NCBI GenBank assembly: GCA_043228905.1
Contig: JBHGNT010000011.1
Location: forward strand, 17,484,001-17,548,000
DNA: 64,000 nt
From: Azolla caroliniana
Lineage: Eukaryota > Plantae > Polypodiophyta
Direction: 5' to 3'
Shown here: in pieces, positions 38,909 to 52,744 of the stretch
How positions within the stretch are numbered: position 1 is the first letter of the stretch
Layout: each line of letters starts with the position of its first letter
The notes under the pieces: model-generated
Databases searched by the model: none
Told to the model about the DNA's origin: nothing
Seen by the model: only the letters and a program-made list of their open reading frames with translations
Translations under genes and position numbers: made by a program

Positions 38909-41286
38909 ATGTCAAGAATCCAAGAGGACTGTGTCAATCTCCACCAGGCTTTCAGAGGTAGCTTCTTCTTCTCCTTCTCAGTCCTCAAAATCTCCGAAAT
39001 GTTCGACTCATTTCGTTTCTCAATGTTTTCCGATATATTAGATTTCCCATATGTTCATAACAGAAATGTAGTCTGTGCCAAAATGAAAAACAGAAAAATA
39101 TGTTTAGCAGAAACTCCAAATTCCTTACAATGCCAGACATGTAGGTAGCACAGTAAAGTAAAGTAAAGTCATTATGGCCACTTGTTCCTATGCTTCGGAT
39201 GTCGTTATCGATACTTATTTATTTTGAGATTTAAATGCCAGAAAACATTTAAAGCAACAACTCTAGGTTGGAATGGCAACACAGTAGTCTAAATTAAAGA
39301 CACTCAAAGAGCCATTTCTTACGTTAAAGAAACTTCAGAGGCCCGGCTAGTATTGCAAAAGAATGATCTGATTTGTCTTCTGTGGTGATGCTTTAGGTTT
39401 GGGCTGCGATGACAGGAAAGTCATCGAGATTCTCGCACACAGGAATTATGTGCAACGGCAAGAACTACGCCGAGAGTATAAGATACGTTATGGCGACGAT
39501 CTCATTGATAAATTGAAATCAGAGCTCCACGCCAAATTTGAGGTTCGTATTTGGGTTGAACATCCATCAATCCTCCCCGAACGTTTTGCATGTTTACCAC
39601 TATAACCCCCTCCCCCCCAGATTTTCAAATCAACAGAACTACCCTTCAAATTTACTTAGCTATCCAATCTGTTTTAACAATTTTGCACCAAATTCAAATG
39701 ATAAGTTTTATAATTAGGAGATTGATTGCATAATCTGCCCCTAATTACCGGCGAATTAGCTAGAGAATAAGTTACAGTTGATCTATATGTCAATCCTTAA
39801 TTAAGGGCAAACCTATCTTGCAAACTACAACCAAATATGTGGCTGATTTTCCCTACTTAAATATTAGAGGTAGTTTAAATTGGTGAAACGAACCATCAAA
39901 CGTTATCTTTGTCATGCTGCCATATATCTCGATTTCGACATTATTATATCTGGACCTGTATCGTTGGTTATACACACAGAAAGCAGTTGTTCTTTGGATG
40001 TTGGAACCAGCCGAAAGAGATGCGGCCATACTGAGGGATGCCCTCCAAGGATTGGGTACAAAGGACATTGCCTTGATCGAAATCATTTGCTCTCGCACCA
40101 CATCACAGTTAGAAGCCATACAGCGAGCCTACAATTCAATATATAAGCGGAACCTCCATGCGGACATTGCTTCGGATACAAGTGGTGACTATAGGACGGT
40201 ATGTTCACCCTAAGCATCTTAACTCCAATTCAGTCTCCCTGCTCTTTATGGTTTCGATATCATGATATGGTCAAATAAATTTGTCTGATTTTTATCCTCC
40301 TTTAGAAGAATCAACGGTTGGAAAGAATGAAAGCTGAAATGCTGGATGACTCCAGAGCACTGACAAGTTTCTTTTCTCTGATAATGTATTATGTGTTTGT
40401 TGCAGCTTCTGATGGCATACATGACTAACCCTAGGCAAGAAACTCCTTTCGATGATGAGTCCCAGGCGCTCGACGATGCCAGGTTGCTCTATAAAGCCAC
40501 TGAAGGCAGGATCGGTACCGACGAGGCTGACATAATTCATGTCTTCAGCTCTCGAACCGCGAGACAATTGAATGCTGCATTCCATAGATACTGGGAGAGC
40601 TACCATCAGGATATTGAAAAGGTTTGGACATTCGTGCATTCTTCATCGTGTTTCTTGTTAGGGTTTTGTTGGTGCCCTTATAAAAAGTTAGTAATTATTA
40701 ACGGTTTTAGGATGTTTATAACCTCATTATACTAATAAACCTTGCGATCCTTAACTACGATCCTAAGCATCTATTGGCAGATACGCGATGGTGTATCATC
40801 ACATTGTGCTAATTTGCATGTAATGTCTTGTCTTATTCTAGGTCATGGAATCTGAAACATCTGGAAATTTCTCCAAGGTATTGAAGACAATAATTCAGTG
40901 TGTACATAATCCAACCAAGTACTTTGCAGAGGTGAGATTTGGACGTTAATTTATGCCTGCATACTTGAGCACATTGTATTTGTGATTTCTGAGAGGGCTT
41001 TCTTTTGGCCTATTGATCTTTCTCCACATGAAATTGATGGTTACTAAAGGAAAGGGCGGCTGGGTTAAATGTTTTGCAGATGCTATACTGGTCCATGAAA
41101 GGGATTGGAACCAATGATGATGCATTGATTCGCGTGATTGTGACAAGAGCGGAAATAGATTTGCAAGCTATTAAGATGGAGTTCCAGCGTCTGTACAATG
41201 AAAATTTAGAAGATATGGTATCATCTGATACCTCTGGTAGCTACAAGAGGTTTCTTCTTGCGCTTGTTCGTGCAGGCCACCATTGA
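38909..41286 (+). CDS. ANN5: Annexin D5-like gene 4 (type A), 6 exons, 308 aa, intact
   Basis: Exons 38909-38957, 39397-39542, 39980-40198, 40406-40621, 40842-40931, 41080-41286 (927 nt), GT-AG. MSRIQEDCVNLHQAFR-GLGCDD...MKGIGTNDD...AGHH*. Confidence 0.95.
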
Positions 41287-41710
41287 ATGTGTATGTGTTC
41301 TAGATAAAATTCTGTTGTGTGTTGTGAATAATATAGGGCGATAAACATTCTTTAGCCCATATATGTATGTATTCTGAAGACAATTTGGTTATTAATCTAT
41401 CAATTTGTTTGTTCAAATCAAAGTCCATAATATCCAACTGTGTATGGATGGTGGTATAAATTTCAAAGCTGATACTTGATAAGTAGATTAATCAAAATAA
41501 TCTCGAGTTACAAAAGCAAAATTTACAAGTTGAAATATGTTATATTATATGCCATTGATAATCAAATTGACATGTTCAATTCCTTATATCTCTTAAACGT
41601 AATGGATTCTACAAGCTGAGTTTCATAATTATGTGCCATTGATAATCAATTTGAGAAGTTGAATTCACATCTCTTAAACTCGATGGAATCTATCTCTCTT
41701 GACATTCAAT

Positions 41711-42750
41711 GTATTTTTTTATTTTTTTTTTCCAAAAAGATTTCCTTCATTCGTATTAAGAAAAAATGTCGGAAGGCTACAAAATGTACAATTAGAGTGT
41801 TATATACAAAAAGGATGATTAGGGCAAGGGCCAGGGGTGATGATATTTCCAGATTGGTTCTTGAGAGGAGACCGTGAATAGAGGCAACTTTCTCCATAGC
41901 TGCAGTAATTTTTTCGTTTTCTTAAGAACAACCTCCAAAGAGCCCGACATATTGTCATATTGCACACGCACTACTGCCAATAAGCTCTCCCATAATTTCA
42001 GCAATATATCTGAGAGAAGTGGAATTATGGAATCATATCGTCTTTTACAACGATACTATAATTGTAGATATGGTTTTCCATACATGGGTTGCACACATTT
42101 GCTTTCGAGGTTGCTGAAAAGGGAGACAGATATTAGATGGTTGTTGATGATTGTCTTAGCCTCTAGCGCATCATCTGCCTCATACAATAAGAGATTGGAA
42201 TGGAGAACCCCCCATACCACTGATCCCCAAAGAAGTGGCAACCTGCATTAATTGTCTGGAATAAAGGAAAAACTTTATTCCATACATGTTGGGCTAGTGA
42301 ACAGGACCAAAGAGCATGCTTGGTAGTTTCCTGCAAGTCACCGCAATAACTACATTGTCTAAGAACGGTCACCACATTTCCTTTCAATGACTGACCTATT
42401 AGTAGTGATGCATGTAGTAAAAGCCATCTGAAGAGAATGTATTTTGTTGGTCCCCTAAAGGACCAAATCCATTTCCAATAAGACTTCAAATGATTGTTTG
42501 AAACACCCCACTTACTCCAGTGCTTTTGAGCCGTAAGAGTTGGAATATTCTTAGACATGAGTAAGGTTCTACCAAATTTTACAGTATACTGAAAGAACAG
42601 AACTTTCTGCATTGGATCCATCATGGGACTAGTCCAGAACCATCCCCCTAGGTCCCACATTAGCCTATTAACATTCAATGTATTTAAAATCTCCAATGAA
42701 CATAATTTTATTTTAGAGAAGTTAATAACATGGAACTTGCAAAAGGTTAA
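41711..42750 (-). mobile_element. L1-clade LINE 3' fragment with poly(A)
   Basis: ORF 42163-42696 has zf-RVT motifs WKWIW...PTKYILFRWLLLH..L...CSYCG...ET.KHALWSC..AQ.VW. The T-run at 41711-41731 is the tail. Confidence 0.85.
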
Positions 42751-43328
42751 AAATATGAGGATAAGGTAGATCAGTATGTGCTTCTATGTACGGCTAGTAA
42801 AGAATTAGAACACTTGTAGAATTAAGAGCTTGCATTTAATTATATTTTGGACAATTATAGCAATTCATACCGTTTCAATGTTTGTGTTATGTAAAAAATG
42901 TGAATGTAAAGCCATTCTTTAGGAATAAAAGGCTAGATTGAATGATCTTATGACCAAATTTCCTAGTGCATGCAATCTCAAACTCACTCATTAATCTTTC
43001 ACCCCATAACCTTGGGGTGACAAAGACAAGATCTAGCTTTCACTTACACCATCTCTGTAGTGTAAGAGATAGCTAGAAATTGTCTTTCTCACCCCATATC
43101 TTGGGTTTGGGTATTCTTTATCCTTGAAGTACATGGTAGACTCAAAGGCTCATGTTTATGAAATTGCTTGTATGGATAGTTATGGAAATTTCTACAATGT
43201 GTTCATATTGTTGTGAATAGAAAATATCAAATTTGTTGTAGTATGTATATGGAATTACAATGCACACATGTATGAGGGGTTTAGACTTCTAAGACTTAGA
43301 AACCATCAATAGAATGAGAGAGTGAGAA

Positions 43329-43366
<38 letters not shown>

Positions 43367-43639
43367 TGAGTGAGTGAGTGAGTGAGTGAGTGAGTGAGTG
43401 AGTGAGTGAGTGAGTGAGAGAGAGGTCTCATATCATAATATTCGCCATTTGAATTGGTATGTAGGGTGACATTGAGTTTGGAGTCGTAGTAGTTTTTAGA
43501 TCCCATAGATAGAAGGGGTTCTATACTTTGTAATAAGTTTTTAGATCCCATAGATAGAAGGGGTTCTATTCTTTTGTAATGAAAGCCATTATTTACAAAA
43601 AGAGAGAGAGAGGGAAGGGGAGAGGGAGAGAGAGAAGTT

Positions 43640-45180
43640 CATGTACATATTGGAAGTCACAATCTTGGCCATTTCATGTGCGTTTGAAGGTTGTACAATG
43701 TATTATGGAACCCATGATATTATATTACTTGCTATTGTTGCCATGGACAAAGAACACATTGCATTATGTTTTGCAACCTCTTCGATATTTGTTGTCAAAG
43801 AAGAGGGATAAGATGGGAATCACTTGGGTTGTGTGGAATCATCTAGCAACCCCTAAGCGCTTGGAAGGAGCTGGAAAATTGAACTTATATATGCATGATG
43901 GCTCGTAGATTTTCATTATTACAAGACATGTGTTCAAACTCACAACCATGGATATCTATTGTTCAATATTTCATTGAGAACAAGGGTTTAACACATGGGA
44001 GGACAACAATTAAGGCTTCATGGTGGCAATTACTGAATGGATGTATTTCACTTAGGATTCTGAGCTCTTCATGTGTTCAACACTTGGTTACTTCATGGCA
44101 AGAAGCACTATTTTTATGTGTATAGAAACCATCATCTAGTAGAGAGCATTGTAATTCTTTGCAAAAAGAGTTACTTGTGTCTTCTAGGTTATTATGTTGG
44201 CTAGGAAATGAGAGATTGCGCTCTCAATTTAATCATTTGTTTCGTTTGGGGGTCAAAGAGGTGGGAGATATAGTTGAGGCTCTATCTTAAAGAATTTTGG
44301 AGTTTGTTGAAGCGTGACAATTATTACGCATTCCGCCTAATTATGGGTTTATTTGGCAACAACTACAAAATATTGCATTGATGCAAGGTTATGTACCTCT
44401 ACAAACAGGAGAACAATCGTGAATTGATTGGTGTTTATGGGGTCAAACGTCGTTGTTGCAAGTGACTACTAATCTTTTGTATCATTGCGTTGTTGAGTCT
44501 CTTGGATGGCTATCGTCTAAGGCTGAAGAAGAATGGAAAATACACAAATCTAATCGTGGGTAGTGGCAGATCTTACAACGTAGTTGGCATTCTAAATTGC
44601 CACTGGTAGCAAAGGTCTTCATTTGGAGAGTTTTGATTGGAGCATCGCCTTTGGGATTAGCTCTAAAGTGTCGTGGACTAGCAACGGGTAATTGCTTTTT
44701 TTGCACTGTTCAAATGGAAGATAATACTCATCGATTTATACAATGTCCGATTGCTTGTCAGATTTGGAGTTACATTTCTCAAATTTGGCAAGTTTTATCA
44801 TTGTGTTATTTGACATCTAGACAGTGGGTGTTTGCACAATTTACACATGTTGATCCAAAATTAGAGATGGAGATCGTTTTTCTATTACTGAGATATTGGG
44901 GATTGTGTCATAATTGGAACATGCACAACGCTTTTGTATTTGATGGTAGACATGGAGTGAAAGCATATCTACGAAAGTTGAAGGGAGTACTAGTGTGGTA
45001 ATTTTCTTTATTGGAGCAAGTGGAAATTCTTTCCTCAGAGGAGTGTTTGTCTTGCCTATTGGCAATTCAACACGTTCCACTACCCATGTAGTGTAGTTAG
45101 TGGGTGACCATACTCCATTGTCACACCCATTGTAAGTAGTGTTTTTACACACATTTATTTATATAATTGTGTGTTTTTAC
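43640..45180 (+). mobile_element. L1-clade LINE fragment flanked by (GA)n
   Basis: WVVWNHLATPKRLEGAG and KVFIWRVL...CFFC...EDNTHRFIQCPIA.QIW motifs; stops and frameshifts. Confidence 0.85.
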
Positions 45181-45183
45181 CAA

Positions 45184-45228
<45 letters not shown>

Positions 45229-45231
45229 CAG

Positions 45232-45700
45232 ATGGATGTAGCTCAGTTGGTAAGGTTGCTCAATGGAGACCAGGTGATCATGGGCTCAACCCCTACATTC
45301 CGTAGTGGCATCTGTGAATTAAGAGAGAGTGTGTGTGGGTGTGTGTAATAGCTCAGTTGGTAATGAGTGAGAGAGAGTGTGTATAATAGCTCAATTGGTT
45401 AGCTTGCCCAATGGAGACTAGGTGGTTGTCATGGGCATTTCGTGAATTAAGAGATATATATGAGTGAGAGAGAGTGTATATAATAGCTCAGTTGGTAAGC
45501 TTGCCCAATGGAGACTAGGTGGTTGTCATGGGTTCAACCCCTACATTCCATAGTGCCATCTATTGAATTAAGAGATATATACGAAACAGATGGAGACCAT
45601 GTGGTCATGGGTTCAACCCTTACATTCCACAATGGCATCTAGTGAATTATGGAGTATATAATAGAGAGGTGAGAAAATTGGGTTTCGAACCCAATGGTTG
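45232..45700 (+). mobile_element. Tandem cluster of tRNA-derived SINE-like units
   Basis: Repeated A-box TAGCTCAGTTGGTA (45239, 45349, 45387, 45484) and B-box GGGTTCAACCC (45282 variant, 45530, 45609), separated by (GA/GT)n. Confidence 0.65.
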
Positions 45701-46390
45701 TAGTGTTTACATTGCTAATTTAGAGAGAGAGAGTGTGTGTAGTGGTTGTAGTGTTTACAACTTACCACTAATGTTAGAAACGGACTCAGGTGATGAAGAT
45801 AGAGGAAATGGGCCTAAGAAGAAGCATATAGATACTATGCCTAACTACATTCATAAGACACATTAACTCATAATGTTGAAGTTCCAACACTAATCCGCCT
45901 ATATATCCATCTGATTCAAGTAGATTTAAGAAATTAGAGAATAATCACGAGGCAAGAGGGTGATGAATTAGCTTTAAATTTTGAATATGCCATTGATAAT
46001 CAAATTGAGAAGTTGAACTCAAGAAGTAAAACATTATGGAATCATTCTGTTTTGAGTTATTGAAAATCTCAAGAGAACATAACTTGATTAATTTGAAATT
46101 TGGAAGTTTTGCGGAAGGTTAAAAAATTATCTGGATAAATATAGATGAGCATGTGATCGTGAGTCGTAATATATTCTTCGTCTGTTGTTTTTATGATGAT
46201 CGAAAATTCTGCCATGGAAGCAGGCTGCTGCTTCACCTCTACCTTCTCTCTACCTCTGAACTCGGTCTCCATTCTTCTTCTTCTTCTTCTTCCTCATTCT
46301 TTTGCATCTTCATCTTCTTGGTTCTCATTCCCCTTCGACGTTCTTTCTTCTGCTTTTTCGATCCACTCATTCTTCATTCTTTTTATGAGT

Positions 46391-49300
46391 ATGTCCACTA
46401 TCATCCTTCCTTCAGGAGCCATGCCGAACGCCATGCAAGTCTGTGCAGATCTCCACCGAGCGTTCAAACGGTAGGTTCTTCTCCTCCCCCCCCCCCCTCC
46501 TCCTCCTCATAATCTCCGAATGCTCCGTTCGTTTCTCACTGCTTTCGTTTATTACATTTCCGACATTGTCTTGCCAAAAATGTAGGCCGCAGAATCAAAA
46601 CAAAAATTTTTTTAGCAGAAATTTCAGAATGAAATGGTAACTCAGTAAAAAGAGCAGTCATTTCTCATCATATTTGCACAGGTTTCAGATTTCATCAGGA
46701 ACTCGTCATAATCTCATGAATGCTCCGGTCGTTTCTCACTGCTTTCGTGCATTACATTTCCAACAATGTCTTAACAAAAATGTAGTCCGCAGAATCAAAA
46801 CCAGAAAACTTTTAGCAGAAATTGCAGAATAAAATGGTAACTCAGTAAAAAGAGTGGTCCTTTCTTATCATATTTGCACAGGTTTCAGATTTCATCAGCA
46901 GCACTTTTTATTTCAGATGTACGTGTCACTATAGTTCTAGGTTGAAATGGAAGCATGGTAGAATTTCAATTCCAGAGTTGTTTAAATTACAGGAAACAAT
47001 GTAGAAGATCTACATTCAACTTGAAACAATAAATGACTGATGATTGTTCAATGTGAATGTATAGAAAATAATTCATTTTTTGAATGCATACGAGAGAATA
47101 TTATCGATATAAAGTGGTAGCAGTGAAGCATGGCTAGTGAGAATTATGAATGGAAATCGGCATCAGTGAAGCATAGGTAGTGGTGATCGTAGATAGTAGG
47201 AGAGAGTAAAAGGAAATCTAGACTGAGATCAGTAACAATGAATGTTTGTTATGCCAAATTCATGGCTTAAGAAGCCTACATTGAAGTTGGTAAGGTGACA
47301 TGCTGTTGTAATTAAGTCATAGGAAATCAAGATCGAAATTGATCAGAACGATTATAGAAGATCTAGATTTGAACGTGTAACAGTAAAGTTTCAACTTGTA
47401 GAAAAATTGATGGGAAATCTGTTTTTTCTTATAGAGAAATTGGTTAGATTTTCTTTGTTGATGGAAACCGTGGCAACACTACTGTGTGCGCTGAATTTCT
47501 TTGTTTAAAGCACAAAGAACAGATCATCTGCATTACTTTCTGATCTATAATAGATTAAAGATCACCTTTTGATGACCATTCAATGGAGAGATAAAAGATG
47601 ATATGTTGCTGAATAGTCTCTAAATAGTTCAAGAAAGTTCTGAATTCAAATCACATTCAAGAAAGAGGGGAAAATACAGTAAGATGAGATTGTGTTGATA
47701 TAAGCGTCTTAAACATTTTAGGAAAGTTTTTGAACATAATTCTTGGACGAAAATACACAGTAAGCACGCCATAATTGAACCTTTACTAATTAACCAAGTT
47801 CTCTCTTCACATTTGAAACAACAGGAAATTATGAGAAAATATCAGTAGGAATGTAATGCAAATTTAATTTTATGCCAAGTGCTGGAAAACTTTCAAAAAA
47901 CAAATGTCATACACATGAGGACTTTCTTATGTGAAAGAAACCTCAATGTCTTATTGCAAAGAGTACTTATTTATTTTCTGGAGTGGTGAATTAGGTTTTG
48001 GCCGTGATGAGAAGAATATAATCACAGTTCTGGCACACAGAAATATGTGCAACGGCATGAACTACACCGATTATATTCAACCCCTTATTCTCAGAATCTC
48101 CTTGATAGATTGAAATCAGAGATCCATGGAAACTTGGAGGTGAGTAGTTGAGTTGGACTAGATTTTCTACCCCAAATATTTTCTGGATTCCAACATTGAT
48201 TCAATAGGATACCACCGGTTTTTTAAAATTAGCCAAGTATCCTCTTGAGTTTTAAAACTACAAAAGTACCTTCAAATTTTTACTTTGTGTTAATCAGGAG
48301 TCATTCAAGCTATTAGTTTTATAAGTTGGCAATCAAGAGGTTAATTTTTCCGTTGTCCCTATGTAGTGATGATGTAGCTTTTGAGTAACTAATTAATTAA
48401 ATTGTCATTTGATAATTAGGTCCAAAGCTATCTTAGAAAGGAAATCCAAACTAGAACCAATTAATGGCTGATTTAACTCACATAAATGTCAGGGGTATTT
48501 TGTTCATTTCTGATTAACCAAGCGGTGTCTTGATGAATATGCAACACATTAGGCGTAGGTGGCGTTGTTTCCTTGGTTTTCTTTTGGAATGAACCATCAA
48601 ATATCGTCTTTTCACTCTGAGATTGTTGATTAGACATATGTCTGGTGTATTTTTTTGTTACACTTGCAGAAAGCAGTTATTCTTTGGGTGCAAGATCCGA
48701 AAGAGATGCTACCATCATGAGGGATGCTATCCGTGGATGGGGTACTCAGGATACATCCTTGATTGAGATGGTTTGTTCTCGGACAACATCGCAGTTACAA
48801 GCAATAAGACATGCTTACAATTCAATGTCTCAGCGATCACTTGATGCGGACATTTCTTCAGATACTGGTGGAGACTATAGGAAGGTTACATTCATCCTAC
48901 GCATTTCCTATGCAATTTATTTTCACTGTTCTTTATTTGTGTGGTTTAGTTTGTTCTTTCTTATGTTTTCTACTGGCCAGATTTTTAAACACAGAACGGG
49001 AGTTTTGTTTATTTCTCCATATGCCTTTAGTCAACCCTCACAATCAATTATATACGTATATGCTACCTGAGCAATTGTATGGTCAAATTTTCTGCGTTTG
49101 TCTCTTTCAGGGGCTGACCAAGGGTCTCTTGCGAAATAATGAAAAACTCAGGGGTAGTTTGGAGTTTTCCCGAAAAACAAAAAGATTGTAGAAGATGCTG
49201 AGAACACTGATAAGTTTCTTTTCTTGATAATGTATTGCAGTTTCTTCTTGCATATCTCAATAATTATAGGCCAGAAACTTGATATGCACTTGGCAGGGAA

Positions 49301-50272
49301 TGAAGCCAAGTCAATCTATAAAGCGGAGTGAAGGACGGTTAGGTACAGACATGGCAGCCATAATTCACATCTTAAGCACTAGAAGTGCAGCACTGTTGAC
49401 TGTTTCTTTCCATATATACCGATAAATGTATGTTCGGGATATAGAAAAAGTTTGTGTCATACTTTCTTCATCTCCAATAATAGGACTTCAAAGTTTCATA
49501 GAATTAGAGTGTTAGTACTATAAAGTTGCTCCTGTTTGTAGGTAATAGGATTGGTAGAATTAGGCTGTTAGTCCTACCAAGCTTTCATGTTGTATCTATT
49601 AGCATTGATTTTCAGGAGTTCTTTTAAAGCCTAGTTTGAAAATCTTGAAAAAAGAGGTATTATTTTTACAATCTTTTGCTAAATCACATTTCAAGTTAGT
49701 TAAACTTAATATGATAGCTCGTTGTAAGTTGTTCTTCCTCTCTCTGAAATCATCAATTCATTGCAATGAATGGAAATAAAATGTAATGCACTGAAAGACG
49801 TTACATGTGTCACGTTGTGCTGATTTGCATCTAAAGTACTCTGCATAGGTGATATTTGGACATTAATTTATATCTTGCGCATATGGCATATATATTTTTG
49901 AGATGTCTTTCTTTGGAAGTTAATATATATCTTGTGCATTTTGTATATAGGTTTTTGCAATGGCTTTCTTTGACCTAGTGATTTTTCCTTCATGAGTTGT
50001 GAGCTCATTTTTCCACCAGTTTCTCTACATGAAATCGTTACTAAATAAGGTTGATAATTTTGTAGATGCTACACAAATCAATGAAAGGGATTGGAATGCG
50101 TGATGAGATATTGATTTGTGTGATTGTGACGAGAGTGGAAATTGATATGCAAGCTATTAAGGCAGAGTTCGATCACAAGTACAATAAACGATTAGAAGAG
50201 ATGAAATCATTTGATACATCCGGTAACTACAAGAAATTTCTTCTTGCGCTTGTTGGTTCAGGTAGCCATTGA
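46391..50272 (+). pseudogene. Annexin pseudogene 5 (copy of gene 3)
   Basis: Exon 1 is +1 nt (80 nt), exon 2 47995-48139 is -1 nt, exon 3 48670-48884 is -4 nt, exon 4 49241-49449 has indels, exon 5 and its acceptor are largely deleted (~49828), and exon 6 50066-50272 is open. Confidence 0.92.
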
Positions 50273-50519
50273 ATGTGTATATATTTTGGATAAATTGTGT
50301 TATATATTGTGCTATAGGGTGATAAATATTTGCTAGCCAATATAGGTAGACATTTTTTAGACACTTTGCTCATAAATGTATAAGCTGTTTGTTGAAATTC
50401 TGTCAATAAAAAATGAATTTTTTGTCACATTAATTGAAGTCCAGTATTGTATCACGATTCACATATGAGTGGTGGTATCAATTTCAAAATCAATTAGTTG
50501 ATATGAAGGTTATATGAGC

Positions 50520-52260
50520 CAAATTCATGACATGTTTCATGAAGAAACTTTGGCCCATTTTCTATGAGATATTGCCACTAATTCCACAAATGTCCCAACA
50601 TCACCATCAACCTTGTCCATGAGAACCTCTCTATAAAGCCAAAATGTATTGTTCGTCCTTATTGGATATCATATCAATTCTCAATGGCATATCTCCAAGA
50701 TATTGGAACTTCTGTTGTCTTATGTCGAATTTAAACTTGTTGTCTCACAACCATATTTGTGGCACTAAAGCAAGAAAATCATAGGTTGCTCAAAGACCTG
50801 CAACATGTGAGTGCCCAGAAGTCACGATAATAACAAGAAGCTACCATGCTGGGTTCAACAACTAAATACAAATTTTTTAATTTTTTAACAACAAGCTTCG
50901 TGTGCAAAACTTGCAAAAGTTTCTGAAAGATCCTAAGATATACCATCCATCTATGTTTGACAACAAGCTTGTGTACAAAACTCTTCAAAAAATTATTTAT
51001 CAAATACTCATATCTTACACCTCTTCTAGGAGAGCCTACTTTGACGTTAAGAAGTAAGTCCTCATGAGTCTCAATTGATTGTGACTAATGGTAGATAATG
51101 TCTTTGAAGCATATATTGTTCAAGCATTGTGTTTTCATTATTATAGATATTTGAATTGATGCTTTGACATAAGACATATTAGATCATATTGTTCTAGACA
51201 TGTTTCTTGCTCAAGGTCTAGGAACTCTCCTAAATATTATGAATATTTCAAGTGGCATGATAGGTTTCTATTTCTAAATCTTCTTTTGTACATCCTTGAT
51301 TTTCAAACTTTGTAGTACTTCCATGAAATACATGGCTAGATGTTTTAGTGTCCATAAGAACCTAGATTTGGTAACTTGGAAAGATTGGTGGGATTAGCCT
51401 CACAATTTTGTCAAGGATTGTCTTTGAGAAAACAACAAATTTGACTATGCAAGGAGTAAAGCATTATGATATTCTTGATTACATTATCAATGACCATGGC
51501 AAAATCTACGTCAAAGTTTTGGAAACATTCGTCCAAGCTACTCAAAAATATCTCATAAGCCGGTCAAGCTATCACCCACAATGTGATAACCAAATTCAAC
51601 ATAGACATTAGATGATACAACAGTAATGTTGTTGTTTCATCAACTATCAACATGACAATTGGGTTGACTTTCTTGTATTTTATAAATATAGTTTACAATA
51701 ATATTTACATTGTTTTATCAATTCCACTTCATTATTTGCAAACACATGCCATCACCCCCATCACACTATGTTGGATGATCTAGAAGTCTTTAGGAATATT
51801 GTATTGGGGATAGTCTAATTTGATTTCAATAGGTTTAACCTTATCTTTCTTCACTATTTACATGGAGCTCAATTCTACACATGTGTTGGTTGTAGATTAT
51901 CATAGCCTCAACTCCTCGTTAGAGATACCTATGTTTTGAGTTGGGGATCTTCCATGGTTATTGCAATGTAATGTGAAGACCATCAAGCCATGTGAAAAGG
52001 TAGATTATTGATGCCTTGATCCGTTAGCGATCTCTATTCAAATTCAACGACATGGTGTTCCATCTAATATGCATCTCTTCCCAATGTTCCTTGTCTTATA
52101 GTTGGAGCCTCATGCTTTATACCTCCATTCCAATCCATATTGGTTTGTTCCTCTCCGACCCTAGTTCAAATTGTTGATGAACTAGATTATGCGATTGAAG
52201 TTGTTTTCAATATATAAAGTGGCGGTTCCTCTTTTGAGGCGCCAACAATGAGATCAATTA
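50520..52260 (+). mobile_element. Degenerate Ty3/gypsy (chromovirus-like) relic
   Basis: Integrase traces YHPQ.D (51570), IKPCEK.DY (51980) and a chromodomain-like tail near 52170. The 5' part is homologous to 22430-22800 and 24325-24540. Confidence 0.55.
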
Positions 52261-52744
52261 ATAAATGCAGTCGATCATATGGTCTCGTTAAGACACTGAA
52301 GCACCAAACACATCGTTATAGTTTAACATGCCGACATATAAACACAATAAGGGGTTGTGTTGATTAGTTTATTCAGAATTTCCTCACGATGAGGGTGAGT
52401 CAAATAATGTTTTGCTAGATGCCATCAACATTTATAGTGTTGCAAGAGATGAGTTTACGAAGGGCTTTGCGGAGGATGGGACAAACGAAGATCCATAAGA
52501 AGATTGAGTTGAACCCAAAGGTCGCAAATAGAAGATTTAGTGTTTGACATGGAGACATTCAAGGAGGACACGAGATCCTTTACTTAGGAGGCAAGCATGA
52601 AGGGGTGTGGTGTGTGTAGGGCCGGCGCCTTGGCCATGGCCCATGGTAGTGTGCACTCGTGGATAGATATGAATGTATAAGTGAGAAGCAGGGAGGCCCG
52701 ACAAAGCCGGAGACACGGGTTTTTGACGGAACCTGTAAGTGTGC

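Noticed and set aside
45232-45305. Functional tRNA gene
   Set aside because: D and anticodon stems do not pair convincingly, and there are adjacent degenerate copies.
46391-48139. Compensating +1/-1 frameshifts rescuing pseudogenes 5 and 6
   Set aside because: The shifted stretch hits TGA early in exon 2, and exons 3-5 carry further lesions.
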